A stretch of 64,000 nucleotides of DNA from a virus (IMGVR_UViG_3300029288_000134:22177-86176), one strand, 5' to 3'; shown: positions 55,053-63,666, counted from the stretch's first letter. Notes: generated from the letters alone by a model not told the origin. Numbers and translations are program-made.

Positions 55053-55141
55053 GTGGGCAGGGCTGGCTCTCGGGTTTGCCGTGACTCCCAATCACTCTTG
55101 GCCAGGACAGCATAAAGCTATGCCCTGCCAGTCTTGCCCAC
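55053..55141 (+). ncRNA. candidate structured RNA element
   Basis: 15-bp closing stem with two G-U pairs on the + strand, enclosing internal hairpins; GC-rich intergenic segment. Confidence 0.4.
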
Positions 55142-55201
55142 GTCCGATCAGACAATAACATTATATATTATTAATCAATTCGTGTCAATAGGAGGCACAT
55201 T

Positions 55202-55516
55202 ATGCAATTACCGTTTGATTCATTCGCAACATTGTTAGTCTGGGTAGCTAGTGCTGGTGTTGTTGGTACGGTGTTATCGTTGATTCAGCAATTGATCAAG
55301 GATAAACTTGGATACGAAATCAGCGGAAAGATTGTGGCTATCGTATTGAGTATTGTTGCCACGGGCGCTGTGTTTGTCGTACAGTTTGTATTTAAGTTGC
55401 CAATCTTCACTGACGTGTCTAGCGCAGACCAATTGTTACAGATTGCATCTAACTTCATCTTAATCTTGTTATTTAACCAATCTAGTTACTCGCTCGTTGT
55501 AAAACGTAGCGATTAG
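55202..55516 (+). CDS. holin-like membrane protein
   Basis: 104 aa, three TM helices, charged C-terminus; GGAGG RBS. Confidence 0.6.
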   Translation: MQLPFDSFATLLVWVASAGVVGTVLSLIQQLIKDKLGYEISGKIVAIVLSIVATGAVFVVQFVFKLPIFTDVSSADQLLQIASNFILILLFNQSSYSLVVKRSD

Positions 55517-55572
55517 TAACGGTGTCCCGAGTTAGGCGTTCCGCCCTCCCTTCCGTCTAGCTCTAACACAAA

Positions 55573-55603
55573 ACCCCTGTTGGTTGCCGCCACCAACAGG
55601 GGT
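55573..55603. terminator. bidirectional terminator between convergent arms
   Basis: acccctgttggt / accaacaggggt, flanked by an A run and an AT-rich tract. Confidence 0.75.
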
Positions 55604-55635
55604 ATATTTATTTGACTATATAGCTATCCTACTTT

Positions 55636-56286
55636 TTATTTAAAATCCTCATGTTTGATCTTAGTGATTACCCTATGGCCACCACGGGTTTGCAACTCTA
55701 CCCTGGGCCTAGCTACAATGCCCTCTGCAATAAAGTTGCCCCATGCTGATTTAAAACCACTTCCGGCCAACTCAACGGCGTCATTAAGTGCACCCTCTCC
55801 AACTATTGGAACAACTGCAATTTCTAGTTTGTCTGCAATATCCTCTACGTCTTTGCGTTTCAGCCACCAATTGCCAATTTTCACATCAAAAAGGACGAAA
55901 TCAACGCCATCCTTGATATAGTTGCCGCCGCCCTTCTGAATCTTGGCACCGTATCCCTCACCATATAAGCAAACTTGCGGGTTTACGACATCCCCGCTCT
56001 CTACCGGCCTATCAAATATCTCCTTAAACAGCAGTTCCTTGCCACCAAATAGCTCTTGCAGTTTATTAAGAAGGGGCACGGGCATTTGGGCGTTATCCGT
56101 TTTTCCACCGAATGACAAACCTGCATTTGTAAACATAATACGGATTGATGTACCGTCCACTTTTTCTGTAAAAATCCATGTGTTGTCTTTCAGGTACTCG
56201 AACTCTGGCAATGAGTAATCTCCTATGATTATCTTGCCCTTGCTGTCTCTCTTAAAAATAGTCTGTATCTTGTGGTACTGTTTCAT
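55636..56286 (-). CDS. RNA ligase (Rnl2-like nucleotidyltransferase domain)
   Basis: Motif I TEKVDGTSIR, LYGEGYG, FVLFDV, EGIVARP, ITKIK. Confidence 0.85.
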   Translation of the reverse strand: MKQYHKIQTIFKRDSKGKIIIGDYSLPEFEYLKDNTWIFTEKVDGTSIRIMFTNAGLSFGGKTDNAQMPVPLLNKLQELFGGKELLFKEIFDRPVESGDVVNPQVCLYGEGYGAKIQKGGGNYIKDGVDFVLFDVKIGNWWLKRKDVEDIADKLEIAVVPIVGEGALNDAVELAGSGFKSAWGNFIAEGIVARPRVELQTRGGHRVITKIKHEDFK

Positions 56287-56321
56287 TTTTGCCCTCCCTT
56301 ACAACCTTGTTATTTAATACT

Positions 56322-56570
56322 TTAAACTGGATTGCTTCTTACTAAATCTATAGCCATTTCTATACCAGTAACAAGGAGAACGGCCTCATCCTCTGTCATA
56401 GTCCACCCACGCGGCGACTCGCCCTCTGGTTTAATGAGAACATGAATACGATCACAAGACGGTACATCATCTGGAGTTTGATTATACCAACCAACCTTCA
56501 TCCAGGCGTCGTTCTCGAACTCTACGGTAAAACATATACCAGGTTCTTTTTCATTGTCTTTTTTGCTCAT
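56322..56570 (-). CDS. hypothetical protein
   Basis: 82-aa ORF, TAATG-coupled. Confidence 0.55.
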   Translation of the reverse strand: MSKKDNEKEPGICFTVEFENDAWMKVGWYNQTPDDVPSCDRIHVLIKPEGESPRGWTMTEDEAVLLVTGIEMAIDLVRSNPV

Positions 56571-57004
56571 TATTCGTCACCATCGTCGATGATACTAAAT
56601 TTTTGCAACTGGCTGGTAAGATAAAATGCGGTATACATTGGCCATTCTTCTGCTTTGTCCTGTACAAACTCGCAATATAGTGCAGCCTCTTCAACAGAAT
56701 CAAACAGCCTAGCGCTATTCACGAGTGATGTTATCATTGTTTTTGCATCTGCATCTGTTGCTCCTTCCCATGAATCGCACCCACTACATGACCCAAAATA
56801 GTCAGTAATGATTGCCACAAAACCATCGTGGAATAGATATGCAAATGCTTCATCGCCTTGATAATCATCCCTAACATATTCTGCTATTACCGTGGCGTTG
56901 TGACCAAAGATGTTTCGCATTACACTTTCATGGCCACCCGCATAGCGGCCCTGCAACATTACCAAATCCCAATCTATGAGTCTCGGTAGTTGATGTTTTT
57001 TCAT
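56570..57004 (-). CDS. hypothetical protein
   Basis: AAGGAG RBS; YFGSCSGCDSW motif. Confidence 0.65.
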   Translation of the reverse strand: MKKHQLPRLIDWDLVMLQGRYAGGHESVMRNIFGHNATVIAEYVRDDYQGDEAFAYLFHDGFVAIITDYFGSCSGCDSWEGATDADAKTMITSLVNSARLFDSVEEAALYCEFVQDKAEEWPMYTAFYLTSQLQKFSIIDDGDE

Positions 57005-57016
57005 TTCTTTCTCCTT

Positions 57017-57079
57017 GTTATTGTAAATAATACTTTAGTATTAGTGATAGTTATTGTAAATAATACTTTAGTATTAGTG
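57017..57079. repeat. 33-bp-period tandem duplication
   Basis: gttattgtaaataatactttagtattagtg at 57017-57046 and 57050-57079. Confidence 0.95.
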
Positions 57080-57081
57080 GC

Positions 57082-57333
57082 CTAGCTATATCGAAACATA
57101 TCGCATGTACAACAATAGCTAACAGTCCTCTCCCATTTACTGCACCAATTAATGCCGCACTCAACCATGTTATCACACACCCCACAGTGCCCATCTTCGT
57201 CTGACTTGCGATAATTAGCATCCTCGAAAACCCTCGGCTTATTGTTGTCTAGCGCAAACTGGTCCTCTCCGTAGTCTCTAATATACCTATCTAATGCACC
57301 TGGACCCATTGATCTATCGTGATAATCACTCAT
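57082..57333 (-). CDS. Cys-rich small protein (metal-binding)
   Basis: ANYRK...CGVC...C....C...CCTCD; GGAGA RBS. Confidence 0.55.
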   Translation of the reverse strand: MSDYHDRSMGPGALDRYIRDYGEDQFALDNNKPRVFEDANYRKSDEDGHCGVCDNMVECGINWCSKWERTVSYCCTCDMFRYS

Positions 57334-57610
57334 TGTTCTCTCCAAATACTAATTCAATGGCTTCTTCAATAGTGCGCACAATTGCTACCTGGCCATTCCA
57401 GTTCTTGTGCCATCTGATTTCGTTACTGTTTAACTTGCCCGTATCTGTCTTGATTTCTATTAGATAGTTGACGCCACGCAACCCAACTACAATATCTGGA
57501 CAGCCATTTCCTACTGTGTGTAGTGTTGTTACAGACGCGCCACCTAAACGGAGCGCATTAACTATCCTAGATTGGTTTGAGTCTGTTTTCTTGGCCAACC
57601 AAACTCCCAT
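57326..57610 (-). CDS. VRR-NUC / PD-(D/E)XK nuclease
   Basis: KTDSNQ..IV.ALR..G, GCPDIVVG, LIEIKT. Confidence 0.78.
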   Translation of the reverse strand: MGVWLAKKTDSNQSRIVNALRLGGASVTTLHTVGNGCPDIVVGLRGVNYLIEIKTDTGKLNSNEIRWHKNWNGQVAIVRTIEEAIELVFGENNE

Positions 57611-57920
57611 TCATGGTAATCGCTGCAATTGGGCTATGTAGTCTACCAACAATTATTTCTAGTAGAATATCTGCATCGTCAATGTATAGAAACGATCCAT
57701 TGACTCCCATGCTATGCACATCAAGTAAATCCTCGAAAGTCATAACATGATAATCTTCTACTCCATGTGATTTTCCATATTGTGACAGCAACAATTTCTT
57801 GTCCTGCTCGCTAGATACTACAATGATATGGCTACCTACACCTGATTTCACATTTTCCTTAAAAAGTTCAACAAGATCATGTGTTTTTCCCGCATCTCTC
57901 GGTCTTATTATGATTTTCAT
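57567..57920 (-). CDS. small P-loop NTPase-like protein
   Basis: RPRDAGKT (Walker A-like) and LYIDD (Walker B-like). Confidence 0.55.
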   Translation of the reverse strand: MKIIIRPRDAGKTHDLVELFKENVKSGVGSHIIVVSSEQDKKLLLSQYGKSHGVEDYHVMTFEDLLDVHSMGVNGSFLYIDDADILLEIIVGRLHSPIAAITMNGSLVGQENRLKPI

Positions 57921-60400
57921 TGTACCCTTCTCTCTATCGAGTGATAAGCAAACCTGTCCTTGTGAAAGATAAGTTGCAAACTACCCGTTGGTCCATTACG
58001 ATGCTTTGCCACGATCAGATCAACTACTTTGTGTGGCGTACTAAGAACCGAGTTATCTTCCATGTCACGATACATTAGAATTACTATATCCGAGTCATGC
58101 TCGATACTTCCCGAGTTGTGTACAATAAAATCGTTTGCTATAAAGTTGTGTTCAGTTGGCACGGTGGCATCGTATGTCATTTCTTCACCATCTAACTCAA
58201 TGCTAGCAATCTGATCCCAGTAGACATCAGAATTTGCCAATTCCTCTAATCCGGCCATGTTACAAGTTAATGCAATGCGCCTTGCTCGTTCCCTGCTCAT
58301 GCCATGTCTTCCATGCGCGGGCGCGTCAGGAACTAGATCGCAATTTGGATTAGCCCGCACATTTTTAAGACCAGCAAGAATTGCGACAACATGGTCGCTC
58401 TTTTTACCGAATGTGCCAACCACGTCCAAAAATCTTAGCTGGTCATCCTTTCCAAATATATTAACGACATACGATGGTTTGTACCCATTCCGTTGCTGTA
58501 CAATACGTAATCTACTGGCTATGCCTAATCGTAGTAAAAGATGCGAAACGTCACACGCAAGCACAAAGCTGCTTGTGGAATAATGAACATTTGCTTTGTT
58601 TCTTTTCTGATTCCATCTTACTGACCCATCGGTTGCCCATAAGTGTTGTAGAAAAAGGGCAATCTTGTCGTGTGGTAGTCCAAATATAATAGCTGGCACA
58701 AATTTCTCGTGTGACCTAAGTCCATATAGCCCTATTTCATCCAACCATTTTACAATTGGATTACGTTTACCATGTGTCAAATGTTGATTTGCGCTTAAGT
58801 ATATACTCGTATACGTTGGCCGGACTACGCGCCTTGGGGTTACATCAAATATCCGTGCGGCCCACTCTACCACGTCAAGGCAATCCGGGTCTTGTTTTGC
58901 ATAATGCAATGGTTGGCTTTTAACAAAGCAACCATCTCCAATAAGATGCGCAAGTAATACAATGTTTTCATCTGGTAACTGTGAGTAATTGATTTGTTCC
59001 GGTACAAAACGAGGTGTTGCAATGAAATCACCGATGGCAAGATGCTCAAGCCTTGTCCAGCCAGATACTTGTCTAAATGGGTGATTCGCAGATGCACGAA
59101 TAAACTTGCCTGAGCGTGTTGTTAATTTGAATATAGGCTTTATGCCAGATTCCCAAACATCACTCATGGTTGTACCAATCAATTTCCAGTGATTATCTAG
59201 TGACCAAACTGGTATATTTCCCTTTCCAACTAATTGTGAGATTGGAACTCGCTCTCCAGTATCCCGTCTAAGAATAAGCGTGTCTCCGGTAAGACACTCG
59301 CGCAAGTCTGACATCTGTGGTTTCTTATCTGACCTGCTCTCGGACATACGATTAAGCTGAGATGCTACAATGATTGGAACATCCAATGACATTGCAATCT
59401 CTTTTAGATTCTTACTGATCCGTGTTACCCGAGTCACCGGGTTGTCATGCTCATCACCCATTAGCTGTAGATAGTCTACGAATATTGCACGTAGATCAGG
59501 ATATGCCAACTTTATTCTTTGTGCTTCTAGCATCAATTGCGCTGTAGTCAGACCTGATTGTCCAAGATATATTATTTTATCTGTTGCATGATTTGCAATC
59601 GCCATATCCCTTGCCTCTCGATTGCACTCTTCCATGATTTGTTCCGTGGTAAGCCCTGTGTCTTGAGAGATGATTCTATTCTGTATTGCCGCAATGGTCA
59701 TTTCAACTGATGCAAATAGCACTGTTCCATGCCTAGATACATTTTGTGCTATATTTAGAAGGATCGCTGTCTTACCTATACTCGGACGTGCCCCGATTAC
59801 AATCATTTCTCCACTACGTAAGCCATAGATAATCTTGTCCAGATCCCTGAATCCAGACGGAGTTCCTTTCAAGTCTCCTGCAAATTCGATATAGTCACGC
59901 CACGCCTGATCGGAAGTTTGCGACATTTGGCCGCCACTATTCTTGGCCATCTGAATGATCTCGCCCATTGAGGCACTCACCGGATATGCTACTTCTTGAT
60001 CGTTCGCAATGGTTACAATCTTTGCTCCGACTCGTTGCAATTCACGCCTGGTATATAAATCCTTGACAATGTTTGCGTAATGATTTGCGTGTACTGCCGT
60101 TGGAATCATTCCTATTAGGCTAGTTATGTATGCCGCGCCACCCACTTTCTCAAGTTCATTTTTACTTTCTAGATGTGAGGTTAGTAACAGAAAATCAACT
60201 GGAGTCCCACTACTCGCCAGTTCCAACATGGCTTTCCAGATAGTTTTGTGTCTAAGATCAGCAAATGCATTATATGGTACATTTCCAGTAGACCATATTG
60301 CATTTGGGTCTAGTAGACATGACCCAATAAGAGATTGCTCAATTACTCTATTTGTAAGTAGTTCACCTTGATTCTTCGTCTTGTTCATCTGTTGCTCCAA
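57917..60400 (-). CDS. dnaB: replicative DNA helicase DnaB with intein
   Basis: IEQSLIG, GARPSIGKT, IFVDYLQL, ASQLNR, SDLRE|SGSIEHDSD, IVAKHRNGPTG. Confidence 0.93.
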   Translation of the reverse strand: MEQQMNKTKNQGELLTNRVIEQSLIGSCLLDPNAIWSTGNVPYNAFADLRHKTIWKAMLELASSGTPVDFLLLTSHLESKNELEKVGGAAYITSLIGMIPTAVHANHYANIVKDLYTRRELQRVGAKIVTIANDQEVAYPVSASMGEIIQMAKNSGGQMSQTSDQAWRDYIEFAGDLKGTPSGFRDLDKIIYGLRSGEMIVIGARPSIGKTAILLNIAQNVSRHGTVLFASVEMTIAAIQNRIISQDTGLTTEQIMEECNREARDMAIANHATDKIIYLGQSGLTTAQLMLEAQRIKLAYPDLRAIFVDYLQLMGDEHDNPVTRVTRISKNLKEIAMSLDVPIIVASQLNRMSESRSDKKPQMSDLRECLTGDTLILRRDTGERVPISQLVGKGNIPVWSLDNHWKLIGTTMSDVWESGIKPIFKLTTRSGKFIRASANHPFRQVSGWTRLEHLAIGDFIATPRFVPEQINYSQLPDENIVLLAHLIGDGCFVKSQPLHYAKQDPDCLDVVEWAARIFDVTPRRVVRPTYTSIYLSANQHLTHGKRNPIVKWLDEIGLYGLRSHEKFVPAIIFGLPHDKIALFLQHLWATDGSVRWNQKRNKANVHYSTSSFVLACDVSHLLLRLGIASRLRIVQQRNGYKPSYVVNIFGKDDQLRFLDVVGTFGKKSDHVVAILAGLKNVRANPNCDLVPDAPAHGRHGMSRERARRIALTCNMAGLEELANSDVYWDQIASIELDGEEMTYDATVPTEHNFIANDFIVHNSGSIEHDSDIVILMYRDMEDNSVLSTPHKVVDLIVAKHRNGPTGSLQLIFHKDRFAYHSIERRVQ
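58115..59296 (-). mobile_element. intein in DnaB, 394 aa, with LAGLIDADG endonuclease
   Basis: Begins CLTGDTLI, ends FIANDFIVHN, +1 Ser; LAHLIGDG and LQHLWATDG blocks. Confidence 0.93.
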
Positions 60401-61136
60401 CGAGTCTGAGTTTAGGACGATATTCTTGTGTTGTTTGTATTTCTTCTACATCCATTGCATCGAATATCGAGATAACATATTGCTCTATCTCGTATGACAT
60501 TGGATAAAATACACATATTGGTTGCGGTACTGCTGCTCCTGGTGGTGGGGCTAGGTACAAGATATTAGTGCTACGTTCGTAAACAAACTTGGCCTTGCGC
60601 CACTTAAAAGGCTCAATCACTTCGATTCTTGGTGTGTCAATATGCTCCGCAGACTCAACTTGCTTTTTATCATACTCATCGAGAAGCCTCATTGCTTCTT
60701 CTGGGGTCTTTGCACCTGTTACCCTGGTGATAATCGTGGTGGGTGAGTATGCAGTTGGTCTATCGTCTCCCCTTGGAAATAGTTCTGCTGCCCGAGCACA
60801 GTTACGTATCGTTATCCAATGCAGGTTTTTGTTGTAGGTACGCAAATCATTTGTTAGATTCTTGCACACATGCGACATTTGCTCATCCGAGATTGCTACC
60901 CACGCATTAACACAGTCACCTATGGTCCACATAAACTCCTGGATATAGTTGATGCACTGAACAACTTCGTTCAGTACATCATCCCAACTCTCGATATTCA
61001 GTTCTCTTGATTGGCTTGGCCTAGGCATATACAAGCTACCTATAAAGTCGCCAAGAGTCTTTCGTAAAGCTAAGTCGTCTTTTACTTGGTCAGTAAGCTC
61101 TATTTTACCAATCTCGTTGTCATCCATGTTATCCAC
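60363..61136 (-). CDS. hypothetical protein (possible DNA-binding)
   Basis: 257-aa ORF with a WTIGD motif; GTG start; upstream of dnaB. Confidence 0.6.
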   Translation of the reverse strand: MDNMDDNEIGKIELTDQVKDDLALRKTLGDFIGSLYMPRPSQSRELNIESWDDVLNEVVQCINYIQEFMWTIGDCVNAWVAISDEQMSHVCKNLTNDLRTYNKNLHWITIRNCARAAELFPRGDDRPTAYSPTTIITRVTGAKTPEEAMRLLDEYDKKQVESAEHIDTPRIEVIEPFKWRKAKFVYERSTNILYLAPPPGAAVPQPICVFYPMSYEIEQYVISIFDAMDVEEIQTTQEYRPKLRLVGATDEQDEESR

Positions 61137-61139
61137 TAT

Positions 61140-61316
61140 TTAATCGCCGAGAGTTTCCATTTGATAGCAATCAAGAAGCTCTGCCATTTTCGCAATAATC
61201 ATCTTGGCATTGTGGCCATCCGTACCGTGACTGAAGTCGGAAGCATACAATACACAGAACTCTATCTCTTTGAGTTGGCGCTCATCAAACCCACTTTTCC
61301 AATCCAGTAGACCCAT
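61140..61316 (-). CDS. 58-aa hypothetical protein (MGLLDWKSGFDERQLKEIEF...HGTDGHN...), not in the ORF track
   Basis: Translated by hand; AAGGAG RBS and its own promoter. Confidence 0.65.
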   Translation of the reverse strand: MGLLDWKSGFDERQLKEIEFCVLYASDFSHGTDGHNAKMIIAKMAELLDCYQMETLGD

Positions 61317-61358
61317 TATTATATTCTCCTTTTAATAATGTTGATACGTTGTAGTAGT

Positions 61359-61386
61359 ATTATACTCCGTATATAAGTTAAGTCAA
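61359..61386 (-). promoter_or_regulatory. sigma70-type promoter flanked by an inverted repeat
   Basis: TTGACT-16 bp-TATAAT; tagtattata (61355-64) / tataatacta (61389-98). Confidence 0.55.
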
Positions 61387-61398
61387 ACTATAATACTA

Positions 61399-62616
61399 TT
61401 AGAATACACACATCACCTTGTCCCATTCGCCCCACTTGGCGTAATATGCCCTTAGAAAATTATGGCGATCTCGCGCATATTGAACACGGTAAATAGTTCC
61501 ATCGTCATCTACCTCCGTAAACTCATTCGATGTTGGTGAAAATCCGTCACTAAAAATCTTTTCCTGTAAGGAGGCTCCTTGAACAAGATGCAACACTTCA
61601 TTGTAAGCAACATTGTCAAGTAGCCACTCCATATTTTTTCCCGACTGACTCACGGTTCCCTCCTGTATGCTATTGTCATTTGCTTGAACATCGACCTCGG
61701 TAGGATTTACAAGTTCTGCGCCATAGTCCTGTACCTCTGGCAACATATCAATAACGTTGAACCCTTCCCACTCCGAGTATGTTGGATCAGATACTTGAAA
61801 TAAGGTAGCGCCAACAACATTGGGATCGTTGCGTATCCCACGATCATACCACGCAATTTGATTAATGTGCCAATACTTGTCGCCAAAATCTTTCCACCCA
61901 CCTCCCTGTAATCCTGGCCGTGGCTGTATGCCTCCATCAATTAGGCATTCTGTAACAATAATCTTGACGTTTTTTAGATAGCTTGGCAAGGATTCTAGCA
62001 CCTTGAGGTATCTGAATGTAAGCCATCCAGTACTGCCTTCGTCTGGACAATCAGAATCGTGCACATCCCAAGGTATGTTTGTTGTCCAATTCCACTGGTT
62101 TTTGCCATACATCCAGTCTGCTGTTGGCGCAGAGTATTCATGTAATCCCAAAAATCCATTGTATTTAATCGCGGCTTCTATGGCTGGATAGAATAAGTGC
62201 CAATCTCTTATGTTGGGTTGGCCAGTAGAAAAATTACCAACCACTGAGCCAAATCCGTGATCGTTCAACAGCCTCGTTCTCTCTGCCTCAAACTCAGCGT
62301 AGTTATCTAGCTTTGATGTGGATTGGTGACTTTCATTAGGTCCCTCTAGCACGTCTACTACGCTTTGTAGTCCATCAACCCAGTCCATCGCCCAGTCACA
62401 CCAATCTTTGGCGTCTCCTAAGCGCTCGTCCCATCTTTGTGAATACAGGCGCCCCACAATGATTAAGTCTGGGCAAGCCGCACGCAGTATTCTCAAAAAA
62501 TCAGGCGGAAACTCCAGTGTTTTATACACTGGAGCCTTCGTCGCTACATAGTAATTAATAATATCGTCCCACGTTGACCCGCCGTGAAGTGTCTGTACGC
62601 CTATCTTTGTTCTCAT
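61399..62616 (-). CDS. glycoside-hydrolase-like TIM-barrel protein (putative lysin) with the same C-terminal domain as the amidase
   Basis: LEGPNE, VVGNFSTGQP, LGLHEY, IIVTE, VVGATLF; C-terminus aligns with that of 9748..10503. Confidence 0.65.
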   Translation of the reverse strand: MRTKIGVQTLHGGSTWDDIINYYVATKAPVYKTLEFPPDFLRILRAACPDLIIVGRLYSQRWDERLGDAKDWCDWAMDWVDGLQSVVDVLEGPNESHQSTSKLDNYAEFEAERTRLLNDHGFGSVVGNFSTGQPNIRDWHLFYPAIEAAIKYNGFLGLHEYSAPTADWMYGKNQWNWTTNIPWDVHDSDCPDEGSTGWLTFRYLKVLESLPSYLKNVKIIVTECLIDGGIQPRPGLQGGGWKDFGDKYWHINQIAWYDRGIRNDPNVVGATLFQVSDPTYSEWEGFNVIDMLPEVQDYGAELVNPTEVDVQANDNSIQEGTVSQSGKNMEWLLDNVAYNEVLHLVQGASLQEKIFSDGFSPTSNEFTEVDDDGTIYRVQYARDRHNFLRAYYAKWGEWDKVMCVF

Positions 62617-62628
62617 GATTTCCTCTCT

Positions 62629-63033
62629 TTACCAGCCATCGTCATCTTCTGTTTCTGATGCTACAGCAGGGCTAACCGAAGCAGTATCCTTTGCGCTCGG
62701 AAGAAAGCGCACTACTTGGGCGGTAACTTCGTATGATGCATGTGGCGTACCATCGTTACCATTCCAGATCTTGGGGTTACCTGATGCATCTGGTGCGAGA
62801 CGCCCTTCCACTAAAACTGGACGCCCTTTCACAAGATACGTGTTACATGCCTCAGCTTGCTTGCCCCATACAGATACCCTGAACCAACAAGTTTCTTTCT
62901 GAGTTTCTCCCTTATCGTTGCTCCACTGACGATTCGTTGCAACACTCAACTTGCATACAGCTTGACCACTTGGGGTATAACGTAGCTCGGGATCACTACC
63001 TAGATTACCTGCGAGAATAATTGTTTGAAACAT
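62629..63033 (-). CDS. ssb: single-stranded DNA-binding protein
   Basis: ILAGNLGSDPELRYTPSGQAV, ETCWFRVSVWGKQAE, KGRPVLVEGRL, acidic tail. Confidence 0.95.
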   Translation of the reverse strand: MFQTIILAGNLGSDPELRYTPSGQAVCKLSVATNRQWSNDKGETQKETCWFRVSVWGKQAEACNTYLVKGRPVLVEGRLAPDASGNPKIWNGNDGTPHASYEVTAQVVRFLPSAKDTASVSPAVASETEDDDGW

Positions 63034-63125
63034 TTTACTTTCTCCTTTAGTTTGACGCGAGATTCACGTCTAGTTTGTTGTGGGTTTCCTACAGAATACC
63101 ACCAGACCGCACAGGAATGGCGCGG

Positions 63126-63587
63126 TCATTCCGAGATCGTGCCATCGTCCAATATCTTCATTCCAAAAAAGTTTCTTGAAACACCTCCATATACTATCAT
63201 ATGCCAGCAAACAATACCAGGACAAGCGGGGCATTGGTGTATGATTTTTGGCCTCCTTGGTATTCTAGGACTTGCAATTTCCATACCTGCGATAATCTGA
63301 TATGTACAATATTTTTCTGGATCATCTTCAACTATGTCATGGTGACGATTACACAACGTAATCAGATTAGATAATATATCTGGACCACCAGAGCGACGAG
63401 GCATAATATGATGCGCATTTACATTTTTACGACCGTGTATCTTGCATCCTTCCACCATACAGTAACCGTGGTCCCTTTTAATACATTCATCTCTTAATTG
63501 TTTCCATTCGTCAGAGTTATAATAAATATCGTTACTATCCCTAACCTTGTACACACCACTATGCCACTCACGAATTTGTAATTGCAT
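63126..63587 (-). CDS. HNH endonuclease
   Basis: EWKQLRDECIKRD..YC, NAHHIMPR..GG.D...NLITLC..HH. Confidence 0.85.
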   Translation of the reverse strand: MQLQIREWHSGVYKVRDSNDIYYNSDEWKQLRDECIKRDHGYCMVEGCKIHGRKNVNAHHIMPRRSGGPDILSNLITLCNRHHDIVEDDPEKYCTYQIIAGMEIASPRIPRRPKIIHQCPACPGIVCWHMIVYGGVSRNFFGMKILDDGTISE

Positions 63588-63590
63588 AGC

Positions 63591-63666
63591 AAAACGCCCC
63601 CTATGTATCGCTGTTCGTTGTCTAGGCGTACAGCAAGGCGCTATACCTATGCATAAAGGGCGTTTT
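63591..63666 (-). promoter_or_regulatory. hairpin sequestering the RBS of the HNH gene
   Basis: On the minus strand aaaacgcccuuuaug pairs with cauagggggcguuuu (15 bp, two G-U). The 3' arm ends 3 nt before the ATG. Confidence 0.6.

Noticed and set aside
55053-55141. c-di-GMP-I (GEMM) riboswitch, suggested by GGCAAACC on the minus strand
   Set aside because: The GACGCAAAG/second-stem consensus is absent, the strand is opposite to the downstream gene, and the G-U pairs favour the + strand.
63034-63125. Structured RNA between the HNH gene and ssb
   Set aside because: Only short 5-bp stems (accgc/gcggt); too weak to call.
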